DNA from: Pirellulales bacterium
GTDB lineage: Bacteria > Planctomycetota > Planctomycetia > Pirellulales > JAICIG01
DNA: 64,000 nucleotides
NCBI GenBank assembly: GCA_035532215.1
Contig: DATKRK010000301.1
Coordinates: 1,181 to 65,180 of the forward strand
Reading direction: 5' to 3'
Shown: positions 1-8,067 of the stretch, in pieces
How the letters are laid out: every line of letters starts with the position of its first letter
Position numbering within the stretch: position 1 is the first letter of the stretch
Translations under genes and position numbers: made by a program
Notes under the pieces: generated by a model
Told to the model about the DNA's origin: nothing
The model's database searches: none
What the model saw: the letters and a program-made list of their open reading frames with translations, nothing else

Positions 1-1
1 G

Positions 2-199
2 CAGGAGCAGCACCCCAGTTACCTGGCGTATTTCGGCGCCGCAATTCCCGATGAGGAACTGAGATATCGACCGATTTCCGGCGCCGACCGGAGGTACTTT
101 GCGCACGCCGCATCCAACAGCCGGATGCCTCCCATCGAGGCCGCCTGCGACGAAAACGGCGACCTTGCGAATCAGCAACTACGGCGGGCTAGCGCGTGA
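2..199 (+). CDS. 3' end of an upstream gene (last 65 codons; product unknown)
   Basis: Frame 2 is open from the window edge to TGA at 197-199. Translation ...QEQHPSYLAYFGAAIPDEELRYRPISGADRRYFAHAASNSRMPPIEAACDENGDLANQQLRRASA has mostly G/C third positions like neighbouring genes. It is absent from the ORF track because it has no in-window start. Confidence 0.4.
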   Translation, partial: QEQHPSYLAYFGAAIPDEELRYRPISGADRRYFAHAASNSRMPPIEAACDENGDLANQQLRRASA

Positions 200-381
200 A
201 CCCTGTCAGATAGCACTTGAATTTTCTGGAATCGCTTGGCAACGAAGCGGACGAAACCAAAAAGGCGGCGATGGCGCCAGATTTAACGAAAGCGCGGGTT
301 ACGAACGTCCGAAGCAAATCGATACGGCAAGATTGGCGTCCAGGGGATCGATCGGTTCGGTTGGCAACCTATCTTTAAACG

Positions 382-1578
382 ATGTGGTCTTTCGCTTTAC
401 GAACACTGTTGGCCGACCGCGGCAAGCTTGCGACTGCCTTGGTAGGGGTCGTGTTCTCGGTCGTATTGGTGAACGTGCAAGGCGGCCTGTTTGTCGGCCT
501 GCTGAGAAAGGCCAGTTTGCTTGTAGATTTTGGGCAAGCCGACGTCTGGGTCGGGCACAAGCGGATGCACAACGTGGATTTTCCGCGAGATATTCCGCAA
601 CGTTGGCTTTGGCGAATTCGAGGCGTACCGGGCGTGGCGTCCGCCGAGAGCTACGTGGTCGGTCATAGCACGATGACCCTGCCCAGCGGCGCGTTCGAAC
701 AGGTCGTAGTCGTCGGCAGCGATCCGGCGACTTTGCTGGGCAATGCCTGGACGTCCGGAGACAACAGTCCCGCCGCGGACGGCGATACGCTGTCGCTGCT
801 TGATCCGTCTTTTTATGCCTGGACGTCCGGAGACAACAGTCCCGCCGCGGTTCGCCGTTCCGACGGGATTCTGGTGGACGAATTCGAAAGCGAGAAGCTC
901 GAAAACCCGCGAATCGGCGACGTACGCGAAATCGGCGGACGCCGTGCGAAGATTGTCGGGCACAGTCGGGGCATTGTCGGCTTCTTGGTAACGCCTTACG
1001 TGTTCACGACGCTCGGACGCAGCTTGCAATATCTCGGCAAACCGCCAGACAAGTGTTCTTATTTTCTGGTCAAGCTGGAACCGGGAGCGAACGCCGAAGA
1101 AGTATGCGCCGCGATCAACCGCTGCGCCCCCGAATTGGATGCCTTGCCCCGCAACGCCTACGCCCGTAAAAGCGTCAATTACTGGCTCACTCGCACGGGG
1201 CTGGGCATCAGTTTCGGGGCAGCGACGTGCTTGGGGCTGTTGGTCGGCCTGATCATCGTGGCGCAAACGCTCTACGCTTCGGTCCTCGACCGCTTGAGCG
1301 AATTCGGCGCGCTCAAGGCGATCGGCGCTCGCGAGCGGCAGATTTACGTCGTGCTATTTTTTCAAGCCAGCACAATGGCCCTGGCAGGCGCGGCCATCGG
1401 ACTAGCGTTCGTGTGGGCGATCGAGCGAGGGTTTGCGACGCCGCATGCGCCCATCGTCGTGCCCTGGTGGATGTCGTTCGGCAGTTGCGCCCTGGTGTTG
1501 GCGATCTGCCTGGGCTCGTCGCTGCTTCCGTATCTCCGCATCCGGAAAGTGGACCCCATGATTGTTTTGCAGACTTGA
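382..1578 (+). CDS. ABC exporter permease, FtsX/MacB/DevC-like
   Basis: 398-aa ORF with an N-terminal TM helix (LATALVGVVFSVVLV), a large extracytoplasmic loop and a C-terminal FtsX-type TM bundle (GISFGAATCLGLLVGLIIVAQTLYASVLDRLSEFGALKAIGA). The cognate ATPase starts 12 nt downstream. The loop contains an in-frame duplication (see findings). Confidence 0.85.
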   Translation: MWSFALRTLLADRGKLATALVGVVFSVVLVNVQGGLFVGLLRKASLLVDFGQADVWVGHKRMHNVDFPRDIPQRWLWRIRGVPGVASAESYVVGHSTMTLPSGAFEQVVVVGSDPATLLGNAWTSGDNSPAADGDTLSLLDPSFYAWTSGDNSPAAVRRSDGILVDEFESEKLENPRIGDVREIGGRRAKIVGHSRGIVGFLVTPYVFTTLGRSLQYLGKPPDKCSYFLVKLEPGANAEEVCAAINRCAPELDALPRNAYARKSVNYWLTRTGLGISFGAATCLGLLVGLIIVAQTLYASVLDRLSEFGALKAIGARERQIYVVLFFQASTMALAGAAIGLAFVWAIERGFATPHAPIVVPWWMSFGSCALVLAICLGSSLLPYLRIRKVDPMIVLQT

Positions 1579-1590
1579 GATCGGAATCGA

Positions 1591-2325
1591 ATGCCTCACG
1601 ACACGATCGTCGCGCGCGACCTGTACAAAGGCTACCAACGCGGCGGAACGCTGACCCCCGTGCTCTGCGGCGTCAATCTGACGGTCCGCGGCGGCGAATT
1701 CACTTATCTGGTCGGTCCCTCGGGCAGCGGTAAGACCACTTTGCTCTCCATCCTGGGCTGCATTTTGACTCCCGATTTCGGAGATTTGCGGATTCTTGGA
1801 GAGGATCTGCTGCAACTCAGCGAGGCGCAGCGAGCGGACTTGCGCCGAGAACGAATCGGCTTCGTATTTCAACGCTTTCACTTGATTCGGGGCTTGAACG
1901 CCGCGGAAAACGTCGCAGTTCCGTTGACGCTCGGCGGCGTGGCGCCCCGAGCGGCTCGGCAGCGATCGTTGGAACTGCTTGAAGCCGTGGGCTTGGCGGA
2001 CCGAGCCAAATCACATCCCGCCCGACTGAGCACCGGACAGTGCCAGCGGATCGCCTTGGCCCGAGCGCTTGCAGCGGGCCCCGATCTGATTCTGGCCGAC
2101 GAGCCGACCGCCTCGCTGGACGCAGAAAACGGACAGGAAGCCATGCGTCTGCTGCGCCGGCTGACGGCGGAACAGGGCAAGACGGCGGTGGTAGTCACGC
2201 ACGATCATCGAATCTTCGAATTCGCCGATCGCATCCTACACTTGGATGCGGGCCGGATTCGCGGCGTTTCGACGGATGATGCTCCGGAATTTCGCCAACG
2301 GTCGTTATCGGCCGCAGGAGGATAA
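1591..2325 (+). CDS. ABC transporter ATP-binding protein (MacB/LolD/DevA-like)
   Basis: Walker A GPSGSGKTT, signature LSTGQCQRIALARA, Walker B LILADEPTASLD, H-loop VVVTHD. Confidence 0.95.
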   Translation: MPHDTIVARDLYKGYQRGGTLTPVLCGVNLTVRGGEFTYLVGPSGSGKTTLLSILGCILTPDFGDLRILGEDLLQLSEAQRADLRRERIGFVFQRFHLIRGLNAAENVAVPLTLGGVAPRAARQRSLELLEAVGLADRAKSHPARLSTGQCQRIALARALAAGPDLILADEPTASLDAENGQEAMRLLRRLTAEQGKTAVVVTHDHRIFEFADRILHLDAGRIRGVSTDDAPEFRQRSLSAAGG

Positions 2326-2329
2326 TGAG

Positions 2330-3385
2330 ATGCTAAAAGTCGTGTTGGCGACGCTGGGCATCGCCGTCTTGGCCGCGCTAGGAGTGGTCATCGACGCGGA
2401 CTCTCGTCAAAGCTCCCGGGTCGAGCCCGAGGAATCGTCGTCGAACTGGATTTACGCACCCGGCCGCGTCGAAGGCGCCACCGAGGAAATCGAGTTGCGC
2501 CCTCAACTTCGCGACCGGATCGTCGAAATACTCGTGCGAGAGGGGGACGTCGTCGACGCCGGAACGGTCTTGCTGCGACTCGATGGGACGACCCAGCATC
2601 ACGAGTGTGCCATGGCCGAGGCCGAGTTGGAGATTGCCTCGGCGGAACTCGAAAAACTCGAAAACGGGGCCCGCTACGAGGAGCTTCGCGAGGCGCAGGC
2701 GGAACTTCGGGCGATGGAGGCGCGGCTTACCGGAGCTCAAGACCGATTGAAGCGCACGGGCAACCTGCGGCAGCGCGGAGCGACCAGCCAACTCGACGTG
2801 GTGGCCGATTCAACGGAAGTCCAAACGCTCTCCGCGCAGGTCGAGGCGGCTCAAGCGCGGCTTGACTTGCTGCAGGCCCCGCCGCGCGATGATGATTTGC
2901 GCCGCGCGCGCGGGCGAGTCGCCGGCGTTCGAGCCCGCTTGAACCTGGCGCGTCGCGACCTGGAAAAGACGTCGCTCCAAGCGCCGTGCGCCGGGCAGGT
3001 GCTGAAAGTCCATCCTAAGGTCGGCGAACTGGCAGGGCCGGATACCGCGGAGCCAGCCGTGATCATGGCCGACACTTCGGCGACGTGCGTGCGTGCGTTC
3101 GTCGAGGAACTCGACGCCCCGCGGATGACCGCCGGCTTGCCCGTGACCGTCGACGCCGATGGCCTGCCGGGTCGGTATTTTCGGGGCCGCGTAACGCGAC
3201 TCGCTCCGCGGATGAGCCGCAAACGGCTTTGGACCGACGACCCCGCCGAGCAATTCGACAGCAAGGTCCGCGAGCTCTGGATCGAATTGGAAGATGCGAA
3301 AGCTCTGATCGTGGGCCTTCGGGTCGATGTGCGAATTCAATTAAACCCGCCGCCAGAAAAGGCAAGCCAAGGATTACCGCGATGA
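2330..3385 (+). CDS. HlyD/DevB-type periplasmic adaptor (membrane fusion protein)
   Basis: The ATG at 2330 follows GGAGGA and lies 4 nt after the ATPase stop. The product has an N-terminal TM (MLKVVLATLGIAVLAALGVV), a coiled-coil segment (AELEIASAELEKLENGARYEELREAQAELRAMEARL...) and a beta-barrel C-terminus. The track ORF start at 2246 overlaps the ATPase and is rejected. Confidence 0.85.
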   Translation: MLKVVLATLGIAVLAALGVVIDADSRQSSRVEPEESSSNWIYAPGRVEGATEEIELRPQLRDRIVEILVREGDVVDAGTVLLRLDGTTQHHECAMAEAELEIASAELEKLENGARYEELREAQAELRAMEARLTGAQDRLKRTGNLRQRGATSQLDVVADSTEVQTLSAQVEAAQARLDLLQAPPRDDDLRRARGRVAGVRARLNLARRDLEKTSLQAPCAGQVLKVHPKVGELAGPDTAEPAVIMADTSATCVRAFVEELDAPRMTAGLPVTVDADGLPGRYFRGRVTRLAPRMSRKRLWTDDPAEQFDSKVRELWIELEDAKALIVGLRVDVRIQLNPPPEKASQGLPR

Positions 3386-4545
3386 CGCCGCAGAGTGTTG
3401 CCGAGCAGGCCCTTGGTTTTGCCGAACGCCCCGCGGGCGAATCGGGCGCCATTCGGCCGGCCAGCGACTTGCTGGTCGTGGAATTGGTGCGAGCCGCAAC
3501 GCTGGCGCCTTCGCCCGACAATAATCAGCCTTGGCGCTTCGAATTCCGCGAGGGGCGATTGTTGGTTTTCGCGGATGCCAGCCGGGGATTGCCGTCGGAC
3601 ACGGACGGCATGTTCTGCCTGTTGGCGTTAGGGGCCGCTGTCGAGAATATTTGCCTTGCGGCCCGCGCGATGGGGTATGCGCCGACCGTCAAATGCCTTG
3701 TGGAGAAACCGCCGCTCGGCGCCGCCGCAGCCTGCCCGCCGGTCGCCGAGGTCACATTTCAGCCGTCCGATGCCGAACGCGACCCGCTGGTCGACCAACT
3801 AACGCTTCGCTGCACCTGCCGGCGGCCGTTTGACGTGCGCGCGATCGGGCCGGAAAAACTAGCCCGACTGTCTGCCGCAGCCGCCGAGGCGGGCGACGTG
3901 CGCGTCGATTGGCTGTTGAGACGCGAAGAGCTCGATTCCGTGGCGCAGTTGGTGGCTGCCGGCGATCGCATTCGTTTCGAATATCAACCGTTCCACGCCG
4001 AGTTGTATCGGCAATTGCGTTTCCGTCGTGCCGAGGCCGAACAGACGCGCGACGGCTTGGACCTGCGCACGCTCGAACTACCTCCAGGCGGCGGCCTGAT
4101 GTTGCATCTGCTGCGTTCATGGACGTTTTTGTCGGCGCTCAATCGGCTGGGGTTTAGCCGTTTGCTAACGTTGTCGGCGGCAAAACTCGTGCGTTGCTCC
4201 GGCGCCATTGGCGCACTCAGTGTACCTGAGTGCGAGGGCGCTGCCGCCATGGCCCATTACCTGGCCGCGGGACGGGCGTTCCAGCGGCTTTGGCTGACGA
4301 CGCACAGCGAAGGCCTGGCGCTGCATCCCCTAGGCAGTCTCCCGATCTTCATGCGCCCCAGCGCGCAGCGAGCGGCTTTGCCGCGACATCGACGGTTGGC
4401 CGAAAAGATCACGCGGGAGTTTGCGGCGCTTGTGCCGGAGACCAGCCAACGAGTCACGACGATTCTCTTTCGAATTGGGCATGCCAAGCCGCCTGACGTC
4501 CGGTCCTTGCGTCGAAGTCCCGAGGACGTACTAGAACAGTTCTGA
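3382..4545 (+). CDS. nitroreductase-fold protein, double-domain (Acg / Rv1355c C-terminal-like)
   Basis: The ATG at 3382 overlaps the adaptor stop (ATGA). It carries the motif LAPSPDNNQPWRFEF typical of the nitroreductase superfamily. A 387-aa length fits a tandem nitroreductase-like fold. The track ORF start at 3085 lies inside the adaptor gene. Confidence 0.6.
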   Translation: MTPQSVAEQALGFAERPAGESGAIRPASDLLVVELVRAATLAPSPDNNQPWRFEFREGRLLVFADASRGLPSDTDGMFCLLALGAAVENICLAARAMGYAPTVKCLVEKPPLGAAAACPPVAEVTFQPSDAERDPLVDQLTLRCTCRRPFDVRAIGPEKLARLSAAAAEAGDVRVDWLLRREELDSVAQLVAAGDRIRFEYQPFHAELYRQLRFRRAEAEQTRDGLDLRTLELPPGGGLMLHLLRSWTFLSALNRLGFSRLLTLSAAKLVRCSGAIGALSVPECEGAAAMAHYLAAGRAFQRLWLTTHSEGLALHPLGSLPIFMRPSAQRAALPRHRRLAEKITREFAALVPETSQRVTTILFRIGHAKPPDVRSLRRSPEDVLEQF

Positions 4546-4584
4546 TCCGGAGCCGGGTTTTACGGCGACAGAGGAGTTTTTTGC

Positions 4585-5517
4585 ATGGCAACTGTTTTCG
4601 AGCCTTCCAGCGGCATTCAGGCGGAGAGGGCTGACGACGCCGCCTGGCGCTACGAAGAAGCGTTCAGCCGCAACCTGGGATTGATCTCGCCTGAAGAGCA
4701 GTCGAGGCTGCGACGATCCCACGTCGCGATCCCTGGCATGGGCGGAGTAGGCGGCATGCACCTGTTGACGCTGGCTCGTATGGGCATCGGGCGATTTACG
4801 ATTGCCGATCCCGACGCGTTCGAGATGGCGAACTTCAACCGCCAGGCAGGCGCCCACGTCCACACCTTGGGTCGCGGAAAGGCCGAGGTGATGGCCGAAC
4901 AGGCCCTGGCGGTCAATCCGGAACTCGAGCTGCGAGTTTTTCGGGAAGCGGTCACCGAGGAGAATATCGACCAGTTCCTCCACGGCGTCGACTTAGTCGT
5001 CGATGGGATCGACTTCTTCGCTATCGACGCCCGCCGCCTGTTGTTTCGCGAGGCGCGGCGTCGCGGCATCTGGTGCGTCACGGCCGGCCCGATCGGATTC
5101 AGCGCGGCTTGGCTGGCGTTCGATCCGGAGGGCATGAGTTTCGACGAGTATTTCGATCTTTGCGACGACCAGCCTCGTATCGAGCAACTGATCGCCTTTG
5201 CCGTCGGCCTAACTCCCAAGGCGACGCACCTGCGGTATCTCGACTTGTCGCGGGTCAATCCCGATTCGGGCGCCGGTCCTTCGGCGTCGCTGGCCTGTCA
5301 GCTTTGCAGCGGTGTGGTCGCCGCCGAATCGCTGAAGATCTTGCTGGGACAACAAGACGTTCGTCCGGCACCCTATTATTTCCAGTTTGATGCATGCCGC
5401 CGAAAGCTAGTCCGCGGCGTATTGCGCAGAGGAAACCGGGGTCCCATGCAGAGGGCCAAGCGAGCGTATCTTCGCCGCCGACTTAGCGCCCCTCGCCGCG
5501 GCGAGCGAGAGGCGTAA
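4585..5517 (+). CDS. ThiF/MoeB/HesA-family E1-like adenylyltransferase
   Basis: Nucleotide-binding loop HVAIPGMGGVGG, followed by FTIADPDAFEMANFNRQ and DLVVDGIDFF, the E1-like Rossmann pattern. Confidence 0.85.
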   Translation: MATVFEPSSGIQAERADDAAWRYEEAFSRNLGLISPEEQSRLRRSHVAIPGMGGVGGMHLLTLARMGIGRFTIADPDAFEMANFNRQAGAHVHTLGRGKAEVMAEQALAVNPELELRVFREAVTEENIDQFLHGVDLVVDGIDFFAIDARRLLFREARRRGIWCVTAGPIGFSAAWLAFDPEGMSFDEYFDLCDDQPRIEQLIAFAVGLTPKATHLRYLDLSRVNPDSGAGPSASLACQLCSGVVAAESLKILLGQQDVRPAPYYFQFDACRRKLVRGVLRRGNRGPMQRAKRAYLRRRLSAPRRGEREA

Positions 5518-5558
5518 GTCCCCCGATTTCATCACGCTCCGCTCCGCGCATACAAAGA

Positions 5559-5590
5559 CCCAGTTCCGAGCACGAGGGCTCGGAACTGGG
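5559..5590. terminator. stem-loop between convergent genes (13-bp perfect stem, 6-nt loop)
   Basis: cccagttccgagc (5559-5571) pairs with gctcggaactggg (5578-5590). It lies between the ThiF stop (5517) and the PEP-CTERM gene stop (5619). On the minus strand it is followed by tctttgta. Confidence 0.5.
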
Positions 5591-5618
5591 CCAAATTCGG
5601 AAACAACGCGGGGGCGTC

Positions 5619-6569
5619 TTAGCCTGCTCGGCGCCGCCGGAACAAGCAGAGCGAAGTCCCCATCAGCCCCCAAAGGGCCAGCGAGGCGGGCTCCGGAACC
5701 GCATGCACTTGAACCGGATCTTGCGTTACCAGCGGCCACTGACTGGTGATGCCAAAGTCTCCGTTGGCCGTCGTGCTGCCTTTAATTATCACTTGGTTCA
5801 GGATGCCGTTGAGTTGTGCATTCGAGAAGCCAAAATTGTCGGCAGCCGCACTCGGCGGCACGTGCTGGTCCGGAATGAAAGTCAGCCCTGTGTTGTTGAA
5901 GATCATGCCCAGCGACCCGGTGAACGTCGTGGTGGCGTTGGCGTTGGCGGCCACCGTATTCGGACCTAGGGCCTGCCAATAGTAGCCGCTGCCCCACGTT
6001 CCCGTAGCCCCGACGCCGGCGTAAAATGTGCCAGTCTCGGCGTTGGCGATGCCCTGCGCAATCGTACCCCCGTCGCTGAAATTCACTGTGTTTCCGACGA
6101 ACAGTCCGATCATCGTGTTTTGCAAATTCGACGAAGTGCCGCCAGCCGCCTGCACATTCGACAAAACGGCGAGTGTGTTGGCAAACGAAGTCGTGGGAGT
6201 GATTTGGAAGCTCGTGGCGCCGTCTGAGCCTGCAACAGCGTTCACCGTGACGTCATACACACCCGTCAATTGAAAACCAACGGGTGAAAGGCTGTTGTTA
6301 CCGCTAGTCGTTTGGGACGTGGTCACGTTCAAAATACCGATGAAGCGATCACCAACGCCGATCGTGGCGTTACTCGAAAGCTCGTTACCGCTCGAGTCAA
6401 CGACCTCTTCAAAGCTGGTAATCTTGAACTGTGTGATTTGGTTTCCGCCGGTTTGGTAAAGATCGCCGACGCTCGAGACAGGGCCGGCCAACGACAGCGA
6501 AGGCAGCGCAAAAACCGCGGCGCTGTAAATCAGTGTTCGCAGCGCAGCTCTTGTATTCAAAAACCTCAT
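5619..6569 (-). CDS. PEP-CTERM sorting-domain protein (exosortase cargo)
   Basis: The C-terminus VPEPASLALWGLMGTSLCLFRRRRAG is PEP motif + TM + basic tail. The start was moved to the ATG at 6569, giving signal peptide MRFLNTRAALRTLIYSAAVFALPSLSLAGP. The body is T/S/N/G-rich. Confidence 0.85.
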   Translation of the reverse strand: MRFLNTRAALRTLIYSAAVFALPSLSLAGPVSSVGDLYQTGGNQITQFKITSFEEVVDSSGNELSSNATIGVGDRFIGILNVTTSQTTSGNNSLSPVGFQLTGVYDVTVNAVAGSDGATSFQITPTTSFANTLAVLSNVQAAGGTSSNLQNTMIGLFVGNTVNFSDGGTIAQGIANAETGTFYAGVGATGTWGSGYYWQALGPNTVAANANATTTFTGSLGMIFNNTGLTFIPDQHVPPSAAADNFGFSNAQLNGILNQVIIKGSTTANGDFGITSQWPLVTQDPVQVHAVPEPASLALWGLMGTSLCLFRRRRAG

Positions 6570-6722
6570 GATCAAAATCCCTCGTAAGAAAAACCCGTCC
6601 AGCCACCTGGGTCGCCGAGCGCCGCGCAGCGCTCTTGCAGAGCGACTCACCAAGTGGTCCGGCCCGATTCTGCGCCTGCATGTCGGGAAGGCGCAAATTG
6701 AAATCGGCCGTCAAACCACGGA

Positions 6723-7250
6723 CTAAAGAGGGATTGCGCGAGGAGGCCGGAAGAAGCGGTCTTCCAGAGGAGAGGGAAGCGAGATACGGCTGCAGAGAGT
6801 GAGCCGCGAAACTAAATTGCTCTGCGCCGTGGTCGGCGCTTCGCTGGCAAGAGCTGCCAAGCCGGCGCTGGGGCCGACACTTGGCGGTTGAGATCCAGCG
6901 CCCCCAGCGTTGTTCGTCACGCTCGGCGGCAAGGAGGGTTGCTGGCGGTCGCGGATAAGAGGCATCGCCGGCTGCGGATCGACGGGCCGCTGCGGGGCAG
7001 CCATTTCGCCGCTCAGCACCGCATCACAGTTGACGATCACGCCCGCAGTGGCATCGCCAAGCGATACCAGCCAAACGACCAACGCGGCCCCGGCGACGCA
7101 CATGGCGCGAAAGCCAGAGGCTCGGCAGGATCGGTGCTCGCGGTGGCAGGTCATTGCGGCTTTGACTCCGGCCTCGCACTTGGAGGCCCTGGAACCCAAT
7201 AGTCCAACAGTGCCGATCATAACCAGCGAAGCGGCCGCGTCAAGCATCAT
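6723..7250 (-). CDS. hypothetical protein (possible membrane-anchored, Pro/Ser-rich)
   Basis: 175-aa ORF with acceptable G/C third-position bias and a hydrophobic segment MCVAGAALVVWLVSLG. No recognisable domain. Overlapping + strand ORFs look worse. Confidence 0.35.
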   Translation of the reverse strand: MMLDAAASLVMIGTVGLLGSRASKCEAGVKAAMTCHREHRSCRASGFRAMCVAGAALVVWLVSLGDATAGVIVNCDAVLSGEMAAPQRPVDPQPAMPLIRDRQQPSLPPSVTNNAGGAGSQPPSVGPSAGLAALASEAPTTAQSNLVSRLTLCSRISLPSPLEDRFFRPPRAIPL

Positions 7251-7380
7251 TTCGAAAAAATGGAAAAAACCGCAGGGACGCCCAGTCGCGGCTTTTGACC
7301 GGGCCAGGCAGTGATGCCTGAGATCGAATGTCCATTATTTCCGGCGCCCGCGTGCGTCGCCCCGCAGCCTCCCGCACTAA

Positions 7381-7510
7381 CCCGGATTATTCATCAGCCC
7401 ACGCCAACCCGAAGCGCAAGCGAGGCGGAGCAACGCACTTACCTCGCTGGCGCTTCGGGTTTGTATGGAGCGCTTTGTCAAGTAATAGCTGGGCTGATGA
7501 ATAATCCGGG
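7381..7510. repeat. 130-bp nested-palindrome element
   Basis: Outer perfect 20-bp inverted repeat: cccggattattcatcagccc (7381-7400) with gggctgatgaataatccggg (7491-7510). Inner 20-bp inverted repeat: aacccgaagcgcaagcgagg (7406-7425) with cctcgctggcgcttcgggtt (7442-7461), 1 mismatch. Confidence 0.75.
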
Positions 7511-7581
7511 CTAACGCTGCGGCTCTTGAAGAACGCCTACGCCAAAGGATCGGGCGCGTGCCATAGGGCCTATTTTCAGAT

Positions 7582-7875
7582 GTGACTGCGAAGTCCAACT
7601 CGGCCTTCGATCTGCCCTTTCCAAGAGGGGATGTTGATTGGTTTCTCACGCGACAGCTCGCTGGAGTTTACCTGCCGCCGACGAAATACGCACAACGGCG
7701 TATCGACAGCGCCGGATTCGGTCGTATCATGGCCCGCAGTTCAATTGAGTTCCGGAAGAAATACGGGGCCGTGGCGCGCGGCGAAAGAAAAAACGGGAGC
7801 TTGACGGCACTGGGGCGCCAATTAGTATGGGACTCGTTGCATCGGCAAGCCCAACCGAGAGGGGTAAGCAGGTAA
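7582..7875 (+). CDS. hypothetical small protein (weak)
   Basis: 97-aa GTG-initiated ORF in an otherwise gene-free 665-bp stretch. Codon bias is moderate and no motif was recognised. Confidence 0.2.
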   Translation: MTAKSNSAFDLPFPRGDVDWFLTRQLAGVYLPPTKYAQRRIDSAGFGRIMARSSIEFRKKYGAVARGERKNGSLTALGRQLVWDSLHRQAQPRGVSR

Positions 7876-8067
7876 ATTCGAGCGATATAGAAACGAGCAT
7901 CCGGCCGTAGAGGGTGCATGCCGCAGAGGTGCGGCCGCCCAGGCTGGCAGGCAGACGAACAAGCATTCGCTGCTTGAGGTTAGATGCGTGCCGAGACGGC
8001 ACGATATGGGCGGCGCTCATTTGCGAGGCGTCGCTTGTGGCACTAAGCGCCGGGTGAACATTTCTCT

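Noticed and set aside
216-240. Sigma-54-like TGG...TTGGCA and a TTGAAT -35-like hexamer upstream of the exporter operon
   Set aside because: The GG-to-GC spacing is one nt short of the -24/-12 consensus, and no convincing -10 follows the TTGAAT. This is not enough to call a promoter.
271-378. 35-codon ORF (MAPDLTKARVTNVRSKSIRQDWRPGDRSVRLATYL*) ending 3 nt before the permease start, considered as a precursor or leader peptide for the exporter/ThiF/nitroreductase operon
   Set aside because: Its third positions are A/T-rich (tta, aaa, gtt, ata, caa), unlike real genes here. It has no Cys/Ser/Thr-rich core or recognisable leader, so it is kept only as something to re-examine if homologous loci conserve it.
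397-1266. 289-aa minus-strand ORF antisense to the ABC permease
   Set aside because: It has no motifs and an Arg-rich composition. The + strand frame encodes a recognisable FtsX-type permease followed by its ATPase.
3085-3381. N-terminal extension of the nitroreductase ORF (track start 3085)
   Set aside because: It lies wholly inside the adaptor gene in another frame and is Arg-rich. The ATG at 3382 forms an ATGA overlap with the adaptor stop.
7900-8060. Cluster of short hairpins (for example cgtgccg-aga-cggcacg around 7986-8002) upstream of xrtA, considered as a riboswitch or tRNA-like gene
   Set aside because: There is no cloverleaf, no T-loop consensus and no resemblance to riboswitch classes I can recall. 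These are probably ordinary 5'-UTR or intergenic structure.
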